From NCBI GenBank assembly GCA_963804165.1, contig CAWDPO010000004.1, positions 143,974-207,973 of the forward strand: a stretch of 64,000 nt of DNA, given 5' to 3'. The DNA is from an uncultured delta proteobacterium. Lineage in GTDB: Bacteria; Desulfobacterota; Binatia; UBA9968. Positions 32,321 to 43,367 of the stretch are shown here, one piece after another (position 1 is the stretch's first letter; each line of letters begins with the position of its first letter). A model generated the notes under the pieces. It was not told the DNA's origin. It saw only the letters and a program-made list of their open reading frames with translations, and made no database searches. The position numbers were made by a program, and so were the translations under genes.

Positions 32321-33602
32321 CCCTTGGTCTCCGGTGACCGCGGCTGTTGTGAGACGTGTTGCCTGTGGGCCGACACTACCGAGTAGGGCCATCAGAGGCT
32401 CTTTGTCACTCCCGGGAGTCCACCCACTCCACCTCGCGTGACAGAGACCCACTCAGTCTGGCGTTGGCCCACTCGACTTTGATGGCGTCGAAGTTGCTGT
32501 TGCTGACCGCGATGACTACGCCGTACTCCTCGTCTCGCCGCACGACCGCGCCTACGTTTGCCATGAGGCGATCCTAAGGGCGCAGATCCTCGTGGGGGCT
32601 TGCCGTCAGGACAACAATCGCTTGAAGTAACCAGGCCGCGCGTTCGAGTTGACCGTCGGACTCGAGACCAACCGCCTGCCTACAAGGAGGATGCGGGGTT
32701 GGATTGTGGCGCCCGGTGAGCCTACAGCGAGGTGCCTGATGGAGGTTCCGGACTGCTCGTAAGTGGGGTCAGTTTGGGGTCAGAATGGCGTCAGTAGTGG
32801 CGCCGATGTGATGCTGATTGACCGCTTCCGTGTCAGGGAGGCGCGCGCTCACAGATCTACCCCACAGTTTTACATTTGGCCGCCGACGACCCCCAGTTCG
32901 GCGGAGTGCGGGGTGATTGGCTGACAGTCCTATCTGTCCAGGGTGGCGGTGGTTGCGACGCCCTACGCACGCTCGACGCGGTCCATCAGGTGCCAAAGTT
33001 TAGCGCGGCCCGGATCGGCCGCGGCAGTTACTTCAACAGCGCCGACGAGCCTTTCGCCTACTCAGAGATTCGAGTCATGCATCGATGGCGACGGGTTGTC
33101 GTCGTGGACTTTCACCCGGGCACCCGCCAGAACCGCTTCCAAGCGGTTAACCCACAACTCATCTGGCTTAGCGGTAGTCGCCAACTTGCAACCTCGCTGC
33201 TGGACGGTCTGGCGTGGGTCTACGCACTACGAGCCGCTCGGGAGTCGTCCTCCCGGGCCTCGCTGAGCGTGAATCTGTCCAGCAGCGGACGACCCAGACC
33301 CGCCGAGTAAGCGTCGTTGGCTGCCGCTCTGGCTGCCACACCGGCAAACTGCGAAAGTCTCGACGGGGGCGTGACGCTGGATTCACAAACACTCCGAGGT
33401 TGGAGTCAGTCCCCTCAGGTCGACCTGCTTGGTCCACGTTCCGGTCGTTCGCACCCGGACATGTCCGCGCCGAACCCTACCACTACGAGGACGGATCGGC
33501 CTGCGTCAGGGTGCCACCCTGGCGCTTACCGGCTGTTGTGGCTATTGATCGCCATGTGGTGCGGACGCTTTGAGACCATGGACGGCGACTGATATCCATT
33601 CA

Positions 33603-34933
33603 CTACAGGCCTTTCGGATCAGCGGCCTCAACCTCTTCGACTGAAGGATGAATGACAATCAGTTCGGGTTGAGTGAGCTCACTTACGCCATCTGCTCCGT
33701 CAACTGGCTCCTTGGTCGCCGAGTTGTCGTCGGATGATGACGCGGCCACGTCACCTACTTCAGGTAGCGCCTCGCCGTCCGCGGGTGACGCAGCGGAAGA
33801 GTCTAAGGGAAGGTCGATGCGGTCCTGTTCATTCTTAGGTTCTCGAACTTCCTTGGACGGATCCATAATCATTTCTCTTGCGAGCACACGAAAACTTGGG
33901 CTCAACTTGGCGCTCGAAGCCAAATACTGGATGACGTCAAGCAATAGTTTAGCGGATACAACGTCATAATCTTCGCCAAAAGCCGTTAGAATGGATGGCC
34001 GCCGACCCCATATAAGGCTTGCGATTGCCACTTCACAATAGCGCATTCCGTCAACAATACTCCGCTGCCTAACGAATAGTCGCGCGAATGTTTCTGCGAG
34101 TGGATCAAAATATTCAGGGGTCAAATTGGTATCCAGATGCGGCGATAGGCGCCGGGTTGCACTCAGCCGCGCCTCTTTCTCGCGTATTTCGATCTGTCCA
34201 CCGAGGAAATACTCGCGAAGAGTATTGTAGACCTGAGACGTCTTGGTCCTCCTAACGTACTCGGCGGCGCGCGCTAGAGTAAGGAGGTAGATCCATGTGC
34301 AGTCGAAAAGCATGGCGACATGCACTGGATTCTTGCTGTCGAGAGTCGGCGCGGCAGACCTTGAAGATGGACCACCATCTGAGCGAGATTACGCTCGGAA
34401 CTGTAGATCCAGTTGTCATAACGAAGGTAGTCGCTCAGCGGGCCGAGTCGACTGTCGAGGCCAGTGAACGCCTGCTTTGTCTTTTCTGCTGTCGAGGCCT
34501 CAAACAAGCGGGTAACGGGAGCACTTGGCGCCCCCACGCTAGTCATCGCGAGTAACACTTCTAGGTCCTGCCGAGTGAGCACACCCAAACGCAATTTGCC
34601 GGCAAGCTGGCGTGACGCTTCAGTAACTTCACTTTCCCGAAGCATCCACGCGTCGTCAACGTCGAAGAAGTCCGCAACGCCCCTTAGCCAGAAGACACGC
34701 TCAGTGGTCCTGTTGCTACTCGACTTGCAGTCGAATACCTGGCTGGTCACTCGCCCACTTGAGGCAAGCTCAATCGAGAGAAGATCTAAATCCGTATACT
34801 CTTGGAACTGGGACTTCCCTGGCCGCCTCTCGACGTATGCTCGAAGAGGCACGTTCAGGCGCGTCGCCGAACCTTGAGGATTCCAAGCAAGTCGTCGCGC
34901 AGCCAGTTTTAAGTCTAGGTCTTTCTCGCTCAC
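33603..34933 (-). CDS. Hypothetical ~440-aa protein with N-terminal PD-(D/E)XK-like nuclease motif (one frameshift near 34340)
   Basis: Joins ORFs 34274..34933 and 33603..34325. Contains EYTDLDLL...VFDCK..TERVFWLRG and has an acidic C-terminal tail. GC is visibly lower than the flanks. Confidence 0.65.
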
Positions 34934-36189
34934 AGTTCCCCCGCCCCATTAACACCTCGAACGCGACACCCAACTCCTTTTCGGGAATTATAGCGCGGAC
35001 CCTGGTGCGAGCCGAAGCTTGGAGTGGGCGCAGAGCTCGAGCGTCGAGGTCGAGTAGTGCTTTCACGTCGGATCCGGCCTCTCGTGCGGTAGCAACCTCC
35101 TCACCGGAAATAAGGCTAATGGCAATCTGCATCGCCTCATCATTCTCGGGTGTATGGATGAAACTCAGCCGGAACCCAACTACCTCCTGGATATGAGTCA
35201 GGTAAGAATCGAATGATCCCAAGATCACGGAGAAGCTTATATTGCCGCGCATGGGAAGAGTGTGCGTTTAGTGCTTCGCGACTAAATAGAGCGTTAAGCA
35301 CTGTGGCAGCGTCTCTTGCTGATGTTGCCCCACCAAAATGCTAGCATCGACGCAAGCAACGATAGCGAGCGCCTTATCCAGTATCACCTTCCGATCACGG
35401 GTCAATGACGCGTCAAGCATGTAGGGCAATGCGGCAAATGTTCGAAGCGATCCTCCGGGCAGCAATACCCCGGGCGCGGAAATGAGCCCCTTCTTCACTG
35501 CGTCTGCAAGCACCAAGTCTGTCTCCGGGTCCACCGGCAGTCCTTGGTATGCGGCAACCTTATCGAATGCCTGGGCCAGAACCTCAGGGCCATGATTCAT
35601 CATGATCTCGCGGACAGTCGCTGGATTCTCAAAAGCAGTATAAGGGGAGTACAACAATGTCCCATTCGACGTCTCGGCAGTGCGAAAGATCGACGCATCG
35701 ACGCCCAATCTGTAAAGACGGTCAATGTCTGAAGCATCCACACCAAGATCGCTCTCAAGCGTTTCCTAGGGCAACCGGTCCACGAGCTAACCGGTCAACC
35801 ACTGCGACAAGCTCCTCCTCAATTTGCCTTGGATTTCTCGCCTTCCAGGCTGCCCCATCGGCATACAGATCGCGAAATATTGGTACATTTTCAATAATTC
35901 GTGAGATCTCACCTTGATTCCGATCCACTTCGACCATTTCAGCCGCTTCGAGAATGTCAATAACGCTGGTAAAGGCCAGAGATGGAATATCGAGAGTCTC
36001 ACTGGAAACGATCTGCAACGCGTCTATATTGCTGATGACGTTGCGGCCCCGGATGAGGCTAGCGAGGTCAGCAGCCATGCCAACCATCTGAGTGGTTTTT
36101 ACAAGGTGCAGCTGACTAGACGCCTGGTCCACTTCGCGGAGACCCAGAGTGACGTCCTGGCATCGCAATCCCGTGCTGAAGTCTTCCAT
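34930..36189 (-). CDS. Hypothetical ~420-aa protein (several frameshifts)
   Basis: Joins ORFs 35755..36189, 35268..35741 and part of 34770..35252. A GGGAG RBS lies upstream. The inferred stop overlaps the next gene's GTG (GTGA). Confidence 0.65.
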
Positions 36190-36372
36190 GCGGCTCCCCT
36201 GTGCGGCCGAACCGTCGGCGTCGGTTCGGTCGGACGACGTACGATACAGCGAGGGTGTTAGCCGCCCAAGTTCGGGCTGGCAGTTGGGTCTTTATGTCAG
36301 GAGAAGTACTCGTCGGGTGTGTTTCGCAGCGGGCGATGCCAGCGCGTGAGTCGGTTGTGAACATCACAACGC

Positions 36373-38162
36373 TCACTCGCTGTCGAGGAAATAGCTTGAG
36401 TTCATCTCGGGGTTTGGGGCAAGAGGCACCCAACCGACGTGGGTGATTCGTCCCATTCGGCCATCTCGCCCATCTTGGGCGTCGTTTGGACGGGGCTGTG
36501 CTCGATCTTCGAGCGCCGTTCGGGCCGCGTTGACTCGATCGCACTGCGCTGCTGTGAGGTAGAACGCCAGCGACTCAAGGTGACGCCAGTGTCTGAAGAA
36601 CACCTCGTATTCGGGGTCCCGGGTGATGGTGTCCTCAAGGAGTTGCACCGCGGCCTCGACTGACTCTTTGGCCACTCGCCTCCGAAGGTTCGGGAGGAGG
36701 TTGATCATCCCGTCCTCACTGACGATGATGATGAGACATTCCCCATTGTGCGTGTAGTGGTACCGCACCACTGAGTTGAATCGAGCTCCTCGGCTCGCGT
36801 CGCCTTTACCAGACGCATGTCCGTCGAGGATGACCCCCACCGCATGGCATGTTCCTTGTGGATCGACCAGGACAGCGCCATCGATACTCGTCACGGCAGC
36901 CAGCACCGCCAAGTCGAGATGCTGCGGGCGAATCTGTTGTGCTTGCGGGGGCAGTCGGGAGGCTTCCCCACTGGCGTCCCTGTGAACGACCAGCATGGTT
37001 CCGTGCGAGGCTTTGGACGCGGCGTCAGCCAGCTGCCACAAGGCATTTGACGCATTACCATCGATCTCGGGGAACGGCCGGACTGCGCTACGTCAACGAA
37101 ATGCTGGGGATCCAGGTGAGGCTGCGGAAGTGTCGGCCTCGTGTTCGTTACTCTGAGCATCGGAACTTGATTGTGGCTCAGTTCCCAAACGCCGCGGGAC
37201 ATCACGCTAAACACGAACGCGCTCTCTGCTGAGGGCAGATAACTGTTCCTCAGACGGGCTAAGCCCAACACTTCGGCTCCGTCGCACAGGAGCTGTTGAC
37301 CTCCGCCTGTCATCTCTAGGGCCTTTCGAACGGAACGGGTTTCAGAGAGCCCTATGGGCTTGACGAAGTCAAGGACAAATTCTAGGTGCGCATTCGATTT
37401 GGACGCCAGCAATAGCCCCCCAGACACCGGAACGGCCCTCGTATGGTTGGGCCGAGACCTCATTGAGTGCGACGACCAAATCTGATGGAAGTTCGCAACC
37501 GCTGAATATAGAGACCGATTGGACGAATTCGCGTGCGGCCTTCCTAATTAGTTCGGAGCGGTCGGACCAGTGAAGCGAAAAATCCTCTGGAGGAGTGCTG
37601 CGACCGAGATCGGCGGTTGCAGTGAGTAGCTCGCGTACCAGGGAGTGCTGCAGCGAGGGGAGTACCGTGTATCGGTCGACCTTGACTCGGCTCAGGGCGG
37701 GCATGGAATCCCATCGCCGGGGTAGGCCCGCAATAACCGGGTGCACTTCGTAGACTCCGTCAACGAGTGCCGACGAGCCCACGAAGAAGGTCAGATCCTC
37801 GCCCTGCAAGGACTCGGCCAAGGCATCGCGAATCACTTCTGCGCGGAATTGGTCCACATGTTCACGATGAATCTGCTCATGGTGGCGCACGCTGCTGTAG
37901 ATCATCCGGGCTTCGTCGCTTGCCTTGTACCGCTTCTGCGCTTCCGCCATTGAACCCGACAAATCCACTGCTGCGAGGGGGTCCCATTCTGGTTCAAAGC
38001 AGATTGGGAACGGCCGATCCTCAGCCTCAGTGAACCCGATCAAAAACGCTCGGGCGCCGAGCCCAAATCCAATCTGTTCAAATACATCCCTCGTCACGTT
38101 CTCTAGGCCGTATCGGAAGTGAGACTGGAACCCCACATGAACTGGAGTATTGAGTTTCGCAC
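36373..38162 (-). CDS. Long DisA_N-type diadenylate cyclase with a large N-terminal extension (frameshifted)
   Basis: The C-terminal domain has HGTMLVV, SIDGAVLVD, GVILDG, SRGARFNS and IIVSEDG (DGA plus a variant RHR motif). With one homopolymer correction the N-terminus reads VRNSILQFMWGFQSHFR. The middle has ALNEVSAQPYEGRSG and RKALEM. Confidence 0.85.
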
Positions 38163-38340
38163 GGGTCCATCGTCTAGGACTCAGATCCGATTGGTCAACG
38201 GGTACCCAGATGTGCATCGGTCTCATCGTGGTTTCAATTGGTGTCTCCAAGCTGCGGAGTGGGCTTCGATATCGTTGGAGTCTAGTGTGGGGCAGATATG
38301 CCCTGTTTGTGGTCGCGGTTGCTGAAAAAGGTTGGGCTAC

Positions 38341-38416
38341 GCGAGGACCGGCCCGCAGCGAGCGCAGCGAGCGAGGACACGGACCGCAGCGCGGCGAGCG
38401 CAGCGAGCCGTCTTGA
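38341..38416. repeat. ~76-bp direct repeat, copy 2
   Basis: gcgaggaccggcccgcagcgagcgcagcgagcgaggacacggaccgcagcgcggcgagcgcagcgagccgtcttga, with the internal unit gcgagcgcagcgagc present twice. Confidence 0.85.
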
Positions 38417-38739
38417 TTCAGGAGAGGCAGATTGGGCAGTCGGCTCGGATTACAGCTCGGACTACGGTCGACTTGGATTACAAACCGGTGACCGCCCACC
38501 GAACCGTTCCTGTCGCTGCTCAATAGTCCAAGCCGATGGTGCTAAGCATGCGCGATGCGCTGGACCACGGCGATACAGGCCAGGTACCCACGCGCACGGG
38601 TCGCCGTGAGATCAGGTGCCTCGTCGCAGCGGATGCACCGGCCGTTCGGTGGCGCTACGGCTCACACGGTCGCCGACGCCGCCGCCCAACTCGGACGCTC
38701 GATGGTCATGCGTCTCGCTTCCTGCAGAATCTCCGGCGG

Positions 38740-39330
38740 GGATCAGCTGTGCATATTCGGGGAGCTCCTGGACCGTCCGGTTGTGCCGTCTCGCGGTCCT
38801 TGGCGAGGACAATGTCTCCGGCGCTGAGGCCGGCTTTGAGGCTGATGCGGACCCATTCGCCGATCAGGATGCCGTTCTTGAGTTTGAGGATCAAGGTGCC
38901 TTTGGAGCGGGCTGCGGGATCGTCGATGATGTCCAACCGAAGAGGTCGGTGTCGTCGGCGTGGAGTTCTGAGCGCCAGGCAAACGCCTGCCTCCGGGGCG
39001 GCGGCGTCTGGTGAGGCCGGCAGGATTTCGACGCGGCGGCCGCGGTGGGACAAGCTCATCAGGACCGGCGTGAAGGGTGTCGGCCTTGTTGTCGAGGCCC
39101 TTCCAGCAGCTCCACCAGGTGCCAGAGAAGGTCGGCGGTCCGCCCGGCGAGCTCGTCGATGGTGATCGCCAGCGTCTGGGCGAGGGCGCGAGCGGCCTGC
39201 AGGGGCGGTTCGGCGTCGCCGCTTTCGTAGCGGCGGATTTGCCGGGGGTCGAGCCCGACCGCAGCCGCCAGCTCGGCCTGGGACAGGCCGAGCTCGACAC
39301 GCCGACGCCGATGACCTCTGCCGTCTGCAC
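38740..39330 (-). CDS. XRE-family HTH regulator with a beta-rich C-terminal domain (frameshifted)
   Basis: Frame-corrected: MQTAEVIRRRRVELGLSQAELAAAVGLDPRQIRRYESGDAEPPLQAARALAQTLAITIDELAG, then FSGTWWSCW...RSKGTLIL...LIGEWV...GDIVLAK. Confidence 0.8.
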
Positions 39331-39729
39331 GGTAAGGGATTACCCCCTCGAAACCCTGATGAGGACGATTAAGTCCGATAAGCGGACCTCTAGTGCTCTA
39401 GTTTAGGACCATCAAGTCCGCAACTAGGACAAAACCAAGTATAGGGGTGACGATGGCCACGAGACGCCGACCAGACCCAGGGCCAGACAGATTGCCGATC
39501 TGGCTGGCTGAAATGCCTGGCAGTTGCGGGCACACCCCCGGAGCGTCCTGACGCCGGCTCCGCGGCGCGCACTCGGTCGGCACGCCGTATCGATCGGCGT
39601 GGCTCAGGTATCTGCTGCCGCAACCGTTGTTTCACCCCGCTTGACCTCGACCGTGGATGCACTGCGAAGTGCGCTACAGGACCGCCCGGCCCAAACGAAC
39701 TCAGCATCAACCCGACAAGGAGATCCAAC

Positions 39730-40371
39730 ATGACCCCCATCCGCCTCGCCGCAGTCCTCGCCACGACCGCGTCGAGCGTCACCGCAGCCGCCGGCTGCGC
39801 GCCGATTCCCCAGGTCGCGTGCCGCAGCAGTCGCCGACTCTGTCCCTTCGACCAGCTCTGAGCCGATGCAGGATCCGACGCCGTCGATCTCACCAAGCGC
39901 GTCGCCGACCGTCGAGGCAACCCCGTCGAATCCGAGCAGCCCACCATCGACCGACAAGCCATTTGCGGTACGTAAGGGCACGATCGACAGCAAGCGGATC
40001 AGAGCCACGCTGTACCCGGTGTCACGAACTGGGCGTACCTCAACGGTCAACCTCTTCCTCGAGGAAATCAAGCCATCTCCGATGGGCTTCCGCATCCTGT
40101 GGTCGATGAGTGACCGCAATCAGGAGGTCGCCGCCAACGACAACACCGCAGTCGACGGCCTCCGGCTGATCGACGGAAAACACAAGATGGCGTACTTGCC
40201 GGCCACCACCGGTGACGGGGAATGTCTGTGCAGCCCGGCTCACAACCACGTAACGAACAACTACCGCGAGGTGATGATCACCGTGATCTTCGCCGCCCCA
40301 CCTGCCAGCACGACAGTGTCGACGTCATGATCCCGATATTCGGCACGGTCAACGATGTCCCCGTTGTCTAG
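39730..40371 (+). CDS. Secreted or lipoprotein, Pro/Ser-rich linker (frameshifted)
   Basis: AAGGAG RBS, a signal peptide with AGC, DGLRLID...YLPA....ECLCS and FAAPPA..TTV.DV.IP.FG...DVPV. Confidence 0.7.
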
Positions 40372-40925
40372 GGCGCGAACGGTCGGGGTCGCGACCGCAA
40401 CGGCCACTGTGCTCGCAGTTTTCCTCGCCACTCCCGCCTCTGCCGAGCAGCCGGGGGCCGACCCACCTGCAGATCCAACGGCGCCGGTCGTCTCGATCAC
40501 CGCACCGGTCATCCCCATTCACACCGGCACCGCCGATCTCCGGGCGGCGCACCACCCGCCAGGACACCAAGACCGGCGCGAAGGTTCGGCTGGATAGCAC
40601 CATTCTGTTCGCCAAGGACAGCGCAGCGTTGCAGCCGGGGGCGAAGACCAGGATCCGCCGGGCGGCACGGTGGCTTCGCGCCCGCGGGCCGGGCGATGTC
40701 ACCGTCATCGGGTACACCGACGATCTCGGTCCGCCCCAGCATGGGCTGGACCTGTCCTATCGCCGGGCCGCCGCCGTCGCCCGTATCCTCCGTGATGCGC
40801 TGCCCGGCCGGGTGATCGCCTACACAGGTATGGGCGAGGCCAATCCGCGCCGTCCCAACACCAGCGAGGCCAACCGGCGGCAAAACCGCCGCGTCATCAT
40901 CACCATGGTCGAACGACGCCGATAG
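40355..40925 (+). CDS. OmpA/MotB C-terminal domain protein (frameshifted)
   Basis: LDSTILFAKDSA.L, VIGYTDDLG...GLDLSYRRA.AV and G.GEANP...N....NRRQNRRV. Confidence 0.88.
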
Positions 40926-41126
40926 AACGTTGAGCCAATCGACAGGCTCCCGTACAGGCCGGACTTCGCATTGGAACCGATGGTGCGCCTGAGCACGGTT
41001 GTCCACAGGTTGTTCGACCCGTTACGGATTCCGCGCTGAGCCCTTAGGCTGCCGAAATCTCTCACGGAACCGTGACCACCAAGGCGGCCTGACGTCCTTA
41101 GGTTCACAGGATCGGAAGGAGTATCG

Positions 41127-41750
41127 ATGAGAATCGCGATCACAAGAATTCGCGCGCTCTGTGCCATTCCCCTAGTGGTCACTGCCTTGACGGTCGGATC
41201 TGCCTGCTCGGAGCCCTCCACCGGCCCCGTTCCGACGCCGTCATCTGCCGTGTCGTCACCGCACCCGCATCGCCCCCGACGCCGACGCCGACGGCCCGCC
41301 CCACGGCGGACGCGAAGACCGAGGCAGCTCGCCGCGAGGTGCTCGCCCTGGTCGACAAGTACTACAAGGTCGATGAGGCGATTGCTGAGCAATCCGCAGC
41401 GTTCCGCTCGACCGGTATTACAGGTCGCTGGCGGAAAGTACGTCCATGTGCTTTTGCAGAATGCGCAGAGCCAGCGCGCCCAAGGCTACAGGGTAATCGG
41501 AGCGTTCGATTCGGCCGTCGCGAGGTCCCTGAGAACCTGACCCGTCCGGTGATGACGAGAAGCTGCCTCGGCAACGGTGCAGAACTGCCTGGACGTCCGC
41601 AGAGTCGACGTGGTGGACCAGGAGGGCAAGTCGGTGGTCGAGCCGAACCGGGCCGATGCGTACGTTGAACGGTTGAGGCTGCAGAAGAAGAAGTACGGCT
41701 GGCGAGTGGTGGCCGGCAACAACAAGGGAACGGCCCGATGCGACGCTTGA
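41127..41750 (+). CDS. Putative lipoprotein (frameshifted)
   Basis: AAGGAG RBS, a lipobox-like SAC, a Pro/Thr linker and CLDV..VDVVDQEGKSVV. Confidence 0.6.
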
Positions 41751-42634
41751 TCTCGACCCTTATCCTCTTAGCCGGGATCCTGACAGCAATGGCCTTCGCG
41801 CCAGAGACGTCCCTGCAGTCCCCACATGCCTGAAGACTGATCTGCGGACCGGAAGTCTGCCTGGTCGAAGTCCAGGTGCCCGGCGATCCCAAGCCGATCT
41901 CCGACGACAAGCCCAGAGTCAAGCCGGACCGGTGGAAATCCCGGGTGACCTGCTCGACGGCGAACAAAGGTCCCGTGTCGACACAGCGCCGGGATCTGGT
42001 CCGACCAGCACCGCTGCTACGTAAAGCGCGTGGCGAAGCAACTCCGAAGTCCGATCCGTCGTGGGAGGGCCATACGACCGGAGCGTGTACTACACTGATT
42101 CCAGGCCGACGACAACGATACCTATCCTTCTGGCTCGCAACCGCCCCTGGAGCCGCACCTCCACCTGATCCGCGCGTCCTGGCCCAACAAGCCATCCAGT
42201 CGATGCAGCTGCACGCCATCGAAATCGGGATCGTTCCTGAACCGCGCCCGGACCGGATCGGGGTGATTGGTTTGCCGACGTGGATGTGGGCTGACAGTCC
42301 TGATCAGCACACGTGGGGTCCGATCACCCGGACGGCGTCGGCTGGTGGTTACACGGTGACGGCGACGGGTCGGGTGCAGCGGGTGGTGTGGGCGATGGGG
42401 GATGGGTCGACGGTGGTGTGCACGAAGCGGGGCACGCCGTATGCGGATTCGTTCGGGAAGCGGTCGAGCCCGGATTGCGGTCACCGGTACACCCGTCAGG
42501 GCCGTTACACGGTCCGCGCGACCTCGTATTGGGTCGTGGAGTGGGCCGGGATCGGCCAGTCCGGAACGATTCCGATGAATTTCACCAGCACAGCGGTGAT
42601 CACCATGGGCGAGGTCCAGGTGCTCAGCCGCTAG
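41738..42634 (+). CDS. Secreted actinobacterial protein of the family often labelled 'ATP/GTP-binding protein'
   Basis: PPDPRVLAQQA, GLPTWMW, WAMGDG..VVC...GTPY, SPDCGH.Y and Y.VRATSYW...W.G.G. No Walker A motif is seen. Confidence 0.75.
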
Positions 42635-42658
42635 AAGCGTCGAGCCGAGGAGTTGATC

Positions 42659-43362
42659 ATGTCGGTCACCGTGAACGGACGCAACAAGCCAGCCGCGGCC
42701 ACGGCTGACGGCAAGCCGAAGGAGCGCGCGGCGGCCGCCGAGCGTGGGGGCGGTGGCGGCGCCGCCGAGGTTGCGGCGCCGGCCGCTGCTGGCGGTCGCG
42801 TCGGTGGCCGCGGTGTGTCTGGGCGCGTTGTTGGCGGCGTGGGCGTACACCTCGATCAGCACCGCCCAGGAGGTGGTGGCGGTCCGGGCCGAGTGTGCAG
42901 CGGGGTGAGGTGATCACCCGGGAGGACCTGGTCACGGTCCGGGTGGGGGTGGATCCGGCGCTGAAGCCGGTCCCGGCCGCGGAGCTGGACTCGATCGTCG
43001 GCCAGCGGGCCGCGCTGGACCTGGCCGCCGGCGGGCTGGTCACCGCCGACCGGTCACGCCGGCGGTGTTGCCGGCGCAGGGCATGTCGGTGGTCGGGGTG
43101 GCGCTGCCCACCGGATTGTTGCCGGGGGAGCCGTTGCAGGTGGGGGACCGGGTGCGGGTGGTCGCCACGCCGGGGGAGCAGGGCGAGGTCACCGAGCGGC
43201 AAGCAGCGGTCGATTCCGGCCACGGTGGTGGGCCTGTACCCGGACGCCGACAACGGGCGGACGGTGGTGTCGGTGCAGGTTCCGTTCGATCAGGCGGCGG
43301 AGCTGGCCGCCCGGTCGGCGACCGGCAAGGTCGCATTGGTGTTGGACTCCCGGGAGCGGTGA
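42659..43362 (+). CDS. SAF-domain (CpaB-like) membrane protein (frameshifted)
   Basis: An N-terminal TM segment, VQRGEVITREDL..V, IVGQRAALDLAAGGLVT and LQVGDRVRVV. Confidence 0.75.
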
Positions 43363-43367
43363 CGGCG

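Noticed and set aside
30855-32700. Intact tRNA genes
   Set aside because: Only degenerate 3' halves are present, with no D-arm or 5' acceptor strand, so they are reported as scars.
31882-33592. Small ORFs in the hotspot (e.g. 31882..32079 +, 32406..32564 -, 32876..33310 +)
   Set aside because: They have no recognisable motif and cannot be told apart from chance ORFs or decayed fragments without a search.
31615-38416. CRISPR array or integron attC array
   Set aside because: There are only two repeat copies, ~6.7 kb apart, with no regular spacers, cas genes, integron integrase or clear attC core sites.
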